From contig DASUOK010000096.1 in NCBI GenBank assembly GCA_036276675.1, positions 1 to 39,891 of the forward strand: 39,891 nt of DNA, read 5' to 3'. The notes under the pieces are model-generated. The model did not search any database and had not been told where the DNA came from. It saw only the letters and a program-made list of their open reading frames with translations. Positions within the stretch are counted from its first letter, which is position 1, and every line of letters begins with the position of its first letter. This document shows positions 31,685 through 39,891 of this stretch, piece by piece. The DNA comes from Gaiellaceae bacterium (GTDB lineage: Bacteria; Actinomycetota; Thermoleophilia; Gaiellales; Gaiellaceae). The position numbers and the translations under genes were made by a program.

Positions 31685-33193
31685 TCAACGACGTGTCAGT
31701 CGTCGCAAGCCTCGCCGGCCCGCGCCATTCTGCACCACTCCGCCGGACGCGTGCGCCGATATCCCGTACTCGGCCCAGCGCTCGTCGACGAGCGCCTTCA
31801 CCTCGGGCGTCATCTCGATCTCGTCGGGCCACTCGCGCGCGCCCTCGAGCGGCCCCTTCGCGGTCGCGTCGATGCCGATCTTCCCGCCGACGAACTGGAG
31901 TGTGGGCGCGTGGTCGAGGTGGTCGAGCGGCCCCTCGGCGATGACGACGTCCCGCTTGGGGTCGACGTTCGCACCGACGTAGAAGAAGACCTCCTCGTAG
32001 TCGTGCACGTCGACGTGCTCGTCCACGACGACGACGGCCTTGGAGAGGCTGAGCATGCCCAGCCCCCAGATCGCGTGCATCACCTTGCGCGCGTGGCCGG
32101 GAAAGGCCTTGCGGATCGAGACGATCACGCAGTTGTGGAACGCACCGGCCACGGGGAGGTCGTAGTCGACGATCTCCGGCACGGTCATGCGCACCGCGGG
32201 CAGGAAGATCCGCTCGGTCGCCTTCCCGAGCCAGGCATCCTCCTGGGGTGGCTTCCCGACGACGATTGACGGATAGATCGCGTCGCGGCGCATCGTCAGC
32301 GCCGTGACGTGGAAGACGGGGAACGGCTCGGCCGGCGTGTAGTAGCCCGTGTGGTCGCCGAAGGGGCCCTCGAGGCCGAGCTCGTCCTTCTCGATGTAGC
32401 CCTCGAGCGCGATCTCGGCGTGCGCCGGCACCTCCAGGTCGTTCGTCTTGCAGCGCACCATCTCCACGGGCGTGCCGCGGAAGAAGCCCGCCAGCATCAG
32501 CTCGCCGATGTGCTTCGGCAGCGGCGCGCTCGCCGAGTAGGCGGTGACGGGGTCGAGCCCGAGCGCGACCGCGACGGGGATGCGGCCGTCGGTCGCGAGC
32601 CAGTCGGCCCGCCCGTCCTTGTGGATCTGCCAGTGCATGTAGGTCGTGTTGCGATCGATCACCTGCATCCGGTACATGCCGACGTTGCGTGTGCCGGCGC
32701 GCGGGTCGCGCGTGATCACGGCGGGGAGCGTGATGAACGGCGCGGGATCGCCGGGCCAGCAGCGCTGCACCGGGAGCAGGCCGAGGTCGACGTCGTCGCC
32801 GGTCAGCACCACCTCCTGCACGGGGCCGCTGCGCACCGAGCGCGGCCCGGAGCCGGCGATCGACTTCAACTTCTGCAAGCCGCGGACCTTGTCCAGCAGC
32901 CCCTGCGGCGGGGTCAGCTCGAGCACGTCGGCGACGCGCTCGGCGAGCTCGTCGAGGCGCTCGACGCCGAAGCCGAGCGCCATGCGGCGCTCGGTACCGA
33001 ACTGGTTGATCAACAGCGGGTGCCGCGACCCCTTGGGGTTCTCGAACAGGAGCGCAGGCCCGCCCGCCTTGACCGTGCGGTCGACGATCTCCGTGATCTC
33101 GAGATCCGGGTCGACCTCGGCGGCGACGCGGACGAGCTCGCCCTCGCGCTCCAGGAGCCGGATCCACTCGCGGAGGTCCGTCGGAGGTGCCAT
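31685..33193 (-). CDS. ubiD: UbiD-family prenyl-FMN-dependent decarboxylase (menaquinone late-step type)
   Basis: This is the C-terminal 502 aa of track ORF 31685..33760. Motifs LLFENPKG, NVGMYRMQV, EGPFGDHTGYY and AIWG. The ATG shares 1 nt with the upstream TGA (TGATG). Confidence 0.9.
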   Translation of the reverse strand: MAPPTDLREWIRLLEREGELVRVAAEVDPDLEITEIVDRTVKAGGPALLFENPKGSRHPLLINQFGTERRMALGFGVERLDELAERVADVLELTPPQGLLDKVRGLQKLKSIAGSGPRSVRSGPVQEVVLTGDDVDLGLLPVQRCWPGDPAPFITLPAVITRDPRAGTRNVGMYRMQVIDRNTTYMHWQIHKDGRADWLATDGRIPVAVALGLDPVTAYSASAPLPKHIGELMLAGFFRGTPVEMVRCKTNDLEVPAHAEIALEGYIEKDELGLEGPFGDHTGYYTPAEPFPVFHVTALTMRRDAIYPSIVVGKPPQEDAWLGKATERIFLPAVRMTVPEIVDYDLPVAGAFHNCVIVSIRKAFPGHARKVMHAIWGLGMLSLSKAVVVVDEHVDVHDYEEVFFYVGANVDPKRDVVIAEGPLDHLDHAPTLQFVGGKIGIDATAKGPLEGAREWPDEIEMTPEVKALVDERWAEYGISAHASGGVVQNGAGRRGLRRLTRR

Positions 33194-35634
33194 CACCCCG
33201 AGTCTACGGAGAGGCCGTAGGCGACCGCTTCGCCGAGCGTCAGCGCCCGTCCCCGCTGGACGCCGTCGCTCGGGAGTGCGCCGAGCCGGGCCGCGAACGA
33301 CTCCCGCTGCCGCTCCCAGACGCCAAGCCGGGCCCGGCGCTCCTCGGCCTCGACGGCGCCCCACAGCACCGCCGCCCGATCCGGCTCGCCCGACGCGTAC
33401 GCGAGGGTCGCAAGGGTGGCGAGGCCCCAAACCGTGTTCTGCCGGTCGCCGAGCTCGTGGCAGAGCGCGAGCGCTCGCCGTGCGAGCTGCACCGCCTGGT
33501 CGGTCCGGCCGAGAGACTCTGCGGCCTCCGCGGCGTTCCCGGTCATCACCGCTCCCCACCAGACGAAGCCGATCGCTTCGGCGCGGCGCGCGCTCTCGAG
33601 CAGGAGCTCGAGCGCCGCGGCGTCGTTTCCGCTGAGCGACTCGACCCTGGCGAGGGTTCCCGGCAGCTGCGCCTCGAGGCGGGGCGCTTGGACCCGGGCG
33701 AGGCTCTGCTCGACCTCGAGGAGGATCGCACGGGCCCGATCGGGATCTCCGAGCCGACACGCGACCGACGCCTGCCGGTGGAGCAGTCTCGCGGCGCCGG
33801 CCTCGTCCCCGAGCTCCCGAAAGCAGGCGAGCGACCTGGAGTAGGCGTCTGCGGCCCCGACGAACTCACCGGTGATCTGGCTGGCGCCTCCGAGGCCGCG
33901 GAACGCCCGAGCGCGGAGAGCCGTCGGGACGCCCGGACGCTCGAGGAGGGATGCGAAGATGCGTGCGCCCTCGAAGGGGCTCGTCGTCTCCCAGTAGCTC
34001 TCGAGCTCGACGGCGAGCGAGAGCGCGGTCTCCGCGTCGTCCTCGCGCTCCGACCAGTCGAGCGCGGCCCGGATGTTCGCCCCCTCGGGCCGGACGAGCT
34101 CGTGCCGCTGCTCCAGGAAGGCGGAGTCCTCGGACAGTCCGGATCGGCGCGCGAGCTCGAGGAACCAGCTCACGTGCGCCCGCCGGAGCGCCTCCTCCTC
34201 CCCGGACGCGGAGAGGCGCTCGAGCGCGAGCTCCCGGATCGTCTCGAGCATCCAGAAGCGCTCCTCGTCCCGAACCCGGAGCAGGCTCTTCTCGACGAGC
34301 GACTGCAGATCGTCGAGGTCGGCGTCGCAGATCTCCTCGGCCGCGGCGAGCGTGCAGCCGCCGGAGAACACGGCCAGCCGGGCGAACAGGCGCTGCTCGT
34401 CCGGCTGGAGGAGGTCGTGCGACCACTCGATCGTCGCGCGCAGCGTCTGCTGGCGCGACTCGGCGTCGCGGCCCCCGCGGAGCACGTCGAGCCGGCTGCC
34501 GAGCCGCTCCAGGAGCTGCCGGCTCGAGAGCATCACGGTCCGTGCGGCGGCGAGCTCGAGCGCGAGGGGCAGGTCGTCGAGGCGGTCGCAGAGCTGGTCG
34601 ACTGCCTCGTCCGGCGCGAAGTCCGGTCGGACGGCCCGCGCTCTCGCCGCAAAGAGCTCCCGAGCCTCGGCACGGTCGAGCACCGGGACGGGATACACGT
34701 GCTCGCCCTCGATTCGAAGCCGCTCGCGGCTCGTCACCAGCAGGTCGAGGTTCGGGCAGTCGAGGAGGAGCGACGAGAGCTTCGGAGCCGCGGCGACCAC
34801 GTGCTCGAAGTTGTCCAGCAGGAGGAGGAGCCGACGGTCGCCGATCGCGACCGCGAGCTCGCCGGGCGCTCCGAGTGCGCGGCTCGCTGCGTCGAGAACG
34901 GACGCGGGATCGACGACCGCGGCGAGCGGCACCCACCACACGCCGTGGGGGTACTCGTCCGCCGCGGCGCCTGCCGCCTGGAACGCCAGCCGGGTCTTGC
35001 CGCTCCCACCTGGGCCGGTGAGCGTCAGCAGCCGCGTCTCTCCGAGAAGGGTCGCAATCTCGCCGAGCTCGCGCTCCCGGCCGAGAAAGACGGTCGCCGG
35101 CACGGGCAAGTTCGTCTGGAAGAGCGTCTTCAGCGGCGGAAACTCGTCGCTCCCGAGCTGGAAGACGCGCTCTGCGGCCTCGAGATCCTTGAAGCGGTGC
35201 TCGCCGAGGTCGCGGAGCTCGATCCCGTCTGCGAGCGCGGCCGCCGAAGCCGACACGAGCACCTGGGTGCCATGGCCGGCCGCGGCGATCCGCGCCGCCC
35301 GGTGGACGTCGACCCCGACGTAGCCCTCCTCGGCCACGAACGGCGTCCCCGTATGGACGCCGACGCGGACGCGGATCGGCCCGTCGGCCAGCGCCTCCGT
35401 CAGGTCTGCCGCAGCGGCCAGCGCGCCCGATGCGGTCGGGAACGCGACGAAGAAGGCGTCGCCCTGCGTGTCCACCTCGACGCCGTCGTGCGCCGCGAAC
35501 GCGGCGCGCAGCGCCCGGCGGTGCTCCGCGAGGGCGCCCGCATACGCCTCCGGCCCGAGCTCCTGCAGCAGCCGCGTCGAGCCCTCCACATCCGTGAACA
35601 GGAACGTGACCGTGCCGGACGGCAGCGCGCGCAC
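33193..35634 (-). CDS. Class III nucleotide-cyclase domain fused to a STAND/NB-ARC-like ATPase and TPR repeats
   Basis: N-terminal cyclase motifs VTFLFTDVEGSTRL, GDAFFVAF, VRVGVHTG and VHRAARI. Walker A GPGGSGKT and Walker B LLLLDNFEH. The C-terminal half is helical-repeat (TPR-like). No HTH is visible at the C-terminus. Confidence 0.85.
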   Translation of the reverse strand: MRALPSGTVTFLFTDVEGSTRLLQELGPEAYAGALAEHRRALRAAFAAHDGVEVDTQGDAFFVAFPTASGALAAAADLTEALADGPIRVRVGVHTGTPFVAEEGYVGVDVHRAARIAAAGHGTQVLVSASAAALADGIELRDLGEHRFKDLEAAERVFQLGSDEFPPLKTLFQTNLPVPATVFLGRERELGEIATLLGETRLLTLTGPGGSGKTRLAFQAAGAAADEYPHGVWWVPLAAVVDPASVLDAASRALGAPGELAVAIGDRRLLLLLDNFEHVVAAAPKLSSLLLDCPNLDLLVTSRERLRIEGEHVYPVPVLDRAEARELFAARARAVRPDFAPDEAVDQLCDRLDDLPLALELAAARTVMLSSRQLLERLGSRLDVLRGGRDAESRQQTLRATIEWSHDLLQPDEQRLFARLAVFSGGCTLAAAEEICDADLDDLQSLVEKSLLRVRDEERFWMLETIRELALERLSASGEEEALRRAHVSWFLELARRSGLSEDSAFLEQRHELVRPEGANIRAALDWSEREDDAETALSLAVELESYWETTSPFEGARIFASLLERPGVPTALRARAFRGLGGASQITGEFVGAADAYSRSLACFRELGDEAGAARLLHRQASVACRLGDPDRARAILLEVEQSLARVQAPRLEAQLPGTLARVESLSGNDAAALELLLESARRAEAIGFVWWGAVMTGNAAEAAESLGRTDQAVQLARRALALCHELGDRQNTVWGLATLATLAYASGEPDRAAVLWGAVEAEERRARLGVWERQRESFAARLGALPSDGVQRGRALTLGEAVAYGLSVDSG

Positions 35635-35666
35635 GGCTGCAGTCTGGAACCGCGTGGGGGCTGCGT

Positions 35667-35807
35667 CTAGTGGCTTCGGTCGCCGCGGTGCGTCAGCCAG
35701 CGGGCGGTCTCGCCGAGCGCGATCACCGCGATGAAGACGAGGCCGACGACGAGCATCGAGAGCACGATGTCGCGCTCTGCCGTGTTCGCCAGGAGCCAGG
35801 CGGTCAT
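35667..35807 (-). CDS. Small 46-aa single-pass membrane protein (below the ORF-track size cutoff)
   Basis: Hand translation gives MTAWLLANTAERDIVLSMLVVGLVFIAVIALGETARWLTHRGDRSH. Nearly every codon ends in G or C. It has one hydrophobic helix. It starts 10 nt after the upstream stop and ends 32 nt before the cyclase gene start. Confidence 0.5.
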   Translation of the reverse strand: MTAWLLANTAERDIVLSMLVVGLVFIAVIALGETARWLTHRGDRSH

Positions 35808-35817
35808 GGCGAGGAGC

Positions 35818-36276
35818 TTAATCGACGCGCGCGGCGTGCGCGACCAGGGCGCGCTCGACCGCGTCGGCCTCGCGGGCGCCGCCGAGGCGACGCGCCAGCT
35901 CGACCCAGGCCTCCCCGTCGCCCGGACGTCCGTCGGCCCGCAGAGCCGCGCACGTGGAGATCAGCTCCGCGAAGGCGGCGACGGCCTCGAGCTCGCCGAG
36001 CGCGGCGATGCGCGAGAGCCCGTGGGCGTAGAGGTAGTCGCCGGTGAGGAGGGCGACGTCGGCGTCGGGCGGAGCGAACAGGCGCGGGCGCCCGTAGTGG
36101 AGGAGATAGCCCTCGTAGATCGTCTCCAGGCCCAGTGCATACCGCTCGTCGACGAGCGGCGAGAACACCGGCTCGCGGTCGACGTCGTCCCGCAGTGACT
36201 CCCCCCACAGCGGGCTCTCGGCGGCCGCCTCGGCCGCGATCGTGCCCCAGAGGTCAGTCGCGGAAGAAGTCGCCAA
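35818..36276 (-). CDS. Hypothetical 152-aa protein with a polyprenyl-synthase-like LLTGDYLYAHGL segment but no DDxxD motifs
   Basis: High GC3 across the ORF. The only usable start is TTG 36276, which overlaps the hemL end by 23 nt. Confidence 0.55.
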   Translation of the reverse strand: MATSSATDLWGTIAAEAAAESPLWGESLRDDVDREPVFSPLVDERYALGLETIYEGYLLHYGRPRLFAPPDADVALLTGDYLYAHGLSRIAALGELEAVAAFAELISTCAALRADGRPGDGEAWVELARRLGGAREADAVERALVAHAARVD

Positions 36277-37516
36277 CGGCCTCGATGGTGCGGTCGATGT
36301 CCTCGTCGGAGTGCGCGAGCGAGACGAACAGGCACTCGAACTGGGACGGCGCGACGTAGATCCCCGACTCCAGCAGGTGCCGGAAGAGGGCGCCGTAGCG
36401 CTCCGTGTCGGACCTCTCGGCGTCGGCGAAGTCCCGGATCGGGCCGTCGGCGAGGAAGAGGGTCGCCATCGCCCCGACGCGCTGCACGCGGCCGAACGGG
36501 GTGAGCCCCGCCTCGAGGCGCGCGCCCTTCGCCTCCAACTGCTCGTACACGGCCGGCTCGCGCAGACGCCGCAGCACCGAGGTGCCGGCGGCGGTCGCGA
36601 GCGGGTTGCCCGAGAGCGTGCCCGCCTGGTAGACGTCGCCCGCCGGGGCGAGCCGCTCCATCACGTCGGCGCGGCCGCCGAAGGCCGCGGCGGGCAGGCC
36701 GCCGCCGACGATCTTGCCGAGGATCGTCAGGTCGGGGACGACGCCGTAGCGCTCCTGCGCGCCGCCGCGCGCGACGCGGAAGCCCGTGATCACCTCGTCG
36801 AAGACGAGCAGCGCGCCCGACGCGTCGCAGAGCGCCCGCAGCGCCTCGAGGAAGCCGGGCGCCGGAGGGACGACGCCCATGTTGCCGGCCACGGGCTCGA
36901 CCACGATCGCGGCAAGGCCCTCGCCGTAGCGCTCGACGGCGGCCGCCGCTGCGTCGACGTCGTTGTACGCCGAGACGACGGTGTCGCCGGCGACGCCGGT
37001 GGGCACGCCCGGGCTGGCCGGGATGCCGAGCGTCGCGAGCCCGGAGCCGGCGCTCGCGAGCAGCGCGTCCACGTGGCCGTGGTAGCAGCCGGCGAACTTG
37101 AGCACGCGGTCGCGGCGCGTGAAACCGCGGGCGAGCCGGAGCGCGCTCATCGCCGCCTCCGTGCCGGAGGAGACGAGGCGGACGAGCTCGACCGACGGCA
37201 CCGCGTCGACGATCTCGGCGGCGAGCTCGACCTCCGCCTCCGTCGGCGCGCCGAACGTGGTGCCGCGCCGCGCGGCCGCCTCGATCGCGGCGAGCGTCTC
37301 CTCGTCGGCGTGCCCGAAGATCAGCGGGCCCCAGCTCATCACCCAGTCGACGTAGCGCCGGCCGGAGACGTCCTCGAGCAGCGAGCCGCTGCCGCTGCGG
37401 ACGAAGACCGGCTCGTCGAGCCCGACGGTGCGCATCGCGCGCACCGGCGAGTTGACCCCGCCGGGAATCAGCTGCGTCGCCCGCCGCCAGAGCGCGGACC
37501 TCTCGACTAGAGCCAC
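36254..37516 (-). CDS. hemL: Glutamate-1-semialdehyde 2,1-aminomutase
   Basis: Motifs [20 protein letters not shown] and [10 protein letters not shown] (PLP lysine). GTG start overlaps the hemB end by 10 nt. Confidence 0.95.
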   Translation of the reverse strand: MALVERSALWRRATQLIPGGVNSPVRAMRTVGLDEPVFVRSGSGSLLEDVSGRRYVDWVMSWGPLIFGHADEETLAAIEAAARRGTTFGAPTEAEVELAAEIVDAVPSVELVRLVSSGTEAAMSALRLARGFTRRDRVLKFAGCYHGHVDALLASAGSGLATLGIPASPGVPTGVAGDTVVSAYNDVDAAAAAVERYGEGLAAIVVEPVAGNMGVVPPAPGFLEALRALCDASGALLVFDEVITGFRVARGGAQERYGVVPDLTILGKIVGGGLPAAAFGGRADVMERLAPAGDVYQAGTLSGNPLATAAGTSVLRRLREPAVYEQLEAKGARLEAGLTPFGRVQRVGAMATLFLADGPIRDFADAERSDTERYGALFRHLLESGIYVAPSQFECLFVSLAHSDEDIDRTIEAVGDFFRD

Positions 37517-38454
37517 CGCGCCAGGTCCTTCGTCCAGTACGAGCAGACGAGGTCGGCACCCGCGCGCTTGATCGCGGTCAGCGTCTCGAGCGCCGCCTGC
37601 CGCTCGTCGACGTAGCCGCGTGCGGCCGCGGCCTTCACGAGCGCGTACTCGCCGGAGACGTTGTAGGCGGCCACGGGGCAGTCGAAGCGCTCGCGCACCG
37701 CCCGGATCACGTCGAGGTACGGCAGGGCCGGCTTGACCATCAGCACATCCGCGCCCTCAGCGAGGTCGAGCTCGCACTCGCGCAGCGCCTCCCGGGCGTT
37801 CGCCGGGTCCAGCTGGTAGCCGCGGCGGTCGCCCTCCGAGGGAGCCGACTCGGCGACGTCGCGGAAGGGCCCGTAGAAGGCCGAGGCGTACTTCGCGGCG
37901 TACGCGATCAACGGGGTCTCGGGCAGCACCTCGCGGATCGCGGCGACGCGGCCGTCCATCATGTCGCTCGGCGCGACGGCGTCGGCCCCCGCCTCGACGT
38001 GGCTGACGGCGGTGCGCGCCAGCAGCTCGAGCGTCTCGTCGTTGACGACCTCGCCGTCCCGCAGCACGCCGCAGTGGCCGTGCGAGGTGTACTCGCAGAG
38101 ACAGACGTCGGTCACGAGCACGAGCCCCGGGTGCTCCGCGTGGAGCGCCCTGAGCGCCCGCTGGACGATGCCGTCCTCGTCCCAGGCGCCGGAGCCCTCC
38201 TCGTCCTTCTCCTCGGGCACGCCGAAGAGGAGCAGCGCCCCCACGCCGAGCGCGGCGACCTCGCCCGCCTCCGCGACGAGGTCGTCGATCGAGAGGCGGG
38301 ACATCGCGGGCAGCTCCTCGTTCCGCACCGTCGAGGGACCGACGAAGAGCGGCAGGACGAAGTCGTCGAGGTCGAGCCGCGTCTCGCGGACGAGCGAGCG
38401 CAGCGCGTCCGTGCGCCGCAACCGGCGCAGGCGCGTGGCGGGGAAGGCGCTCAC
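37507..38454 (-). CDS. hemB: Porphobilinogen synthase (delta-aminolevulinate dehydratase), Zn-type
   Basis: Motifs RLRRLR, the cysteine-rich Zn site [24 protein letters not shown] and [11 protein letters not shown] start. Confidence 0.95.
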   Translation of the reverse strand: MSAFPATRLRRLRRTDALRSLVRETRLDLDDFVLPLFVGPSTVRNEELPAMSRLSIDDLVAEAGEVAALGVGALLLFGVPEEKDEEGSGAWDEDGIVQRALRALHAEHPGLVLVTDVCLCEYTSHGHCGVLRDGEVVNDETLELLARTAVSHVEAGADAVAPSDMMDGRVAAIREVLPETPLIAYAAKYASAFYGPFRDVAESAPSEGDRRGYQLDPANAREALRECELDLAEGADVLMVKPALPYLDVIRAVRERFDCPVAAYNVSGEYALVKAAAARGYVDERQAALETLTAIKRAGADLVCSYWTKDLARWL

Positions 38455-38480
38455 GCGGACAGGTTACGTCAGGCGCAGCC

Positions 38481-39809
38481 TCAGGCTCCGAGGCGGCGGA
38501 CGGCGGTGCGGGCGGCGAGGCCGTAGAGGAGGGTCAGCGCGGCGAGCCACGCGAGCTCGCGCGCGAGCGTCGGCCACGGGTCGAGGTCGAACAGCGCCGC
38601 CGTCGAGAAGTGCAGGGCGTGGGCGAAGGGGAACGCGGCGCTGACGTACGCGGCGGCCGGGACGACCTCGCGCGGGACGAGGCCGAGGAAGACGATCGGC
38701 AGCACGGCGAGGACGGCGACGAGCGCCGCGGTGCGGGCATCGCGGGCGAGGGCGCCGAGCAGGGCGCCGAGCGCACCGAGTGCGGCGCCCGCGGCCGCCA
38801 GGCCGAGCGCGAGGACCGGGAGCCGCGCCCACGGCTGACCACCCTCCACGTCGCCGAGCTCGATGATCGCCCCGAACGCGAGCACGATGCCGGCGCCGAG
38901 CGCGAGCGCCGCGAGCGCAGCGAGCGCCACCTTCGCGGCGACGAGCTCGCCCGGGCCGACGCGCCCGCGCCGGAGCCTCGCCAGCACGCCCTCGTCGCGC
39001 TCGGCGGCGAGCGCGGCCGCTGCGAGCAGGAGCGCGAGGAACGAGATCGTGAGCGCGAGCGCGTGCGACTGCGCCTGTGCGGAGAGCGCCCAGGTCCGGC
39101 CCTCCCCGCCGACCTCGACGAGCTCGATCGGGTTGGCCGTCGCCCGGAGCGCCTCGTCCGTCTCCCCGAGGGCCGCCTCCGCGGTGGAGACGAACTCGCG
39201 CAGCCGGTCGAGCCGCGGCCCCGCCGGCAGCTCGTCGAGCAGCTCGCCGGCCCGACGGAGGCCGAGCACGTCGAAGCTCTGCCCGAGGAACGCGCCCTCG
39301 CCACCCTCGAGCAGCAGGTCGATGTACTCGAGATTCGCCTCCACGTAGGCATCCGAGAGCTGGCGGTTGAGCTGGTAGACGAGCGCCTGCACCTGCTGGG
39401 TGACGCGCACCGACAGCCCGCCACTGCCGGTCTCGAGCTCGAGCCGGGGGGTGCGGGCCATGCTGCGGAGGTCGCCGACGAAGCCGCTCGGGACGACCAG
39501 CATCGCGACGATCCGCCCGGAGCGCAGCTGGTGCTCGGCCTCGTCGCGCTCGAGCCGGACGAGCGTGACCTCTTCGGCGACCCGGTCGATGGTGCGCTCG
39601 ACGTGGAACCTCTGCCCACCCACCTCGACCTGCGCCGGCAGGCCGTCCTCGTCGACGAGCGCCACCCGGGGCTTTGCGTTCGCGTAGCTGGCGACGAGCC
39701 CCACGAGCGCAGCGATCACCAGCGGGTACGCGAGCAGCACGCCGAGCAGAAGCGGCGACCGGCGCAGCACCAGCAGGTCCTTGCGGAGCAGGAGCAGGGC
39801 CCGCGTCAC
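38481..39809 (-). CDS. ABC-2 type transporter permease with a large extracytoplasmic loop
   Basis: An N-terminal TM helix is followed by a soluble loop of about 230 aa and then five or six C-terminal TM helices. GTG 39809 overlaps the upstream stop as GTGA. The track ORF start at 39887 lies inside the upstream gene. Confidence 0.7.
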   Translation of the reverse strand: MTRALLLLRKDLLVLRRSPLLLGVLLAYPLVIAALVGLVASYANAKPRVALVDEDGLPAQVEVGGQRFHVERTIDRVAEEVTLVRLERDEAEHQLRSGRIVAMLVVPSGFVGDLRSMARTPRLELETGSGGLSVRVTQQVQALVYQLNRQLSDAYVEANLEYIDLLLEGGEGAFLGQSFDVLGLRRAGELLDELPAGPRLDRLREFVSTAEAALGETDEALRATANPIELVEVGGEGRTWALSAQAQSHALALTISFLALLLAAAALAAERDEGVLARLRRGRVGPGELVAAKVALAALAALALGAGIVLAFGAIIELGDVEGGQPWARLPVLALGLAAAGAALGALGALLGALARDARTAALVAVLAVLPIVFLGLVPREVVPAAAYVSAAFPFAHALHFSTAALFDLDPWPTLARELAWLAALTLLYGLAARTAVRRLGA

Positions 39810-39891
39810 GGCAGCAACCGCCCGTCCAGGAGCTCCAGCGTGCGGTCGGCCTCCTCGCGCTCCTCGACGTTCTGGGTCGCGAAGCACACCG
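39806..39891 (-). CDS. ABC transporter ATP-binding protein, 3-prime end only (partial at window edge)
   Basis: Hand translation of the last 27 codons gives ...CFATQNVEEREEADRTLELLDGRLLP-stop, a typical C-terminus of an ABC ATPase. GTGA coupling to the permease. Confidence 0.45.
   Translation of the reverse strand, partial: VCFATQNVEEREEADRTLELLDGRLLP

Noticed and set aside
33193-35634. Reading the cyclase-STAND-TPR gene plus the cNMP-binding gene (7487..7915) as a Pycsar- or Avs-like antiphage system
   Set aside because: The two genes are 25 kb apart. The cNMP-binding protein has no TM, TIR or other killing effector. The cyclase gene is translationally coupled to ubiD inside a housekeeping operon, and no mobile-element or defence-island context is visible.
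33187-35670. 827-aa plus-strand ORF antisense to the cyclase-STAND gene
   Set aside because: The minus frame carries the cyclase, Walker A/B and TPR features. The plus frame is Glu/Arg/Leu-rich with no domain signature.
1-39891. Search for CRISPR repeats, IS elements or inverted terminal repeats, integrases, prophage genes, rRNA and tRNA
   Set aside because: None were seen. There are no periodic direct repeats, no transposase, integrase or phage-like ORFs, and no compositional island larger than an intergenic region.

Overview
Very high-GC (by eye above 70%) bacterial chromosomal segment. No rRNA, tRNA, CRISPR array, transposase or integrase was found. Gene content (futalosine-type menaquinone genes, many GTG/TTG starts, leaderless-style promoters) suggests a high-GC Actinomycetota-like organism; this is an inference. 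About 40 CDS are supported. Many long ORFs in the six-frame track are off-frame or antisense artefacts of the GC content, and several real genes are shorter than their track ORFs because the frame stays open across the upstream gene. Blocks: (1) 21-2410, O-antigen-ligase-like protein plus a FlgD-Ig-like envelope protein. (2) 2476-3660, a stand-alone P-loop ATPase. (3) 3605-7915, sulfate activation (tauE-like, cysH, cysD, cysN) ending in a stand-alone cNMP-binding protein. (4) 8626-15205, minus strand: LysR regulator, Fe-ADH, fumarate-reductase-like flavoprotein, class-I Fe-S hydro-lyase alpha/beta, phosphosulfolactate synthase ComA, and an AlkZ/YcaQ-like protein. This is the most interesting candidate, a possible sulfonate pathway. 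(5) 15226-23614, envelope glycan genes (DUF354, PhoX, PglF/CapD-like dehydratase, DegT aminotransferase, DedA, phosphodiester glycosidase). (6) 23701-26093, two translationally coupled radical-SAM-type genes, the first with a non-canonical Cys motif, ending directly against mqnA. (7) 26094-39891, a co-directional, mostly overlapping array of 15 genes on the minus strand: ABC transporter, hemB, hemL, two small unknowns, a cyclase-STAND-TPR protein, ubiD, qcrABC, ubiX, menG, polyprenyl synthase, mqnA. All functional calls come from motif recognition by eye. No database search was run.
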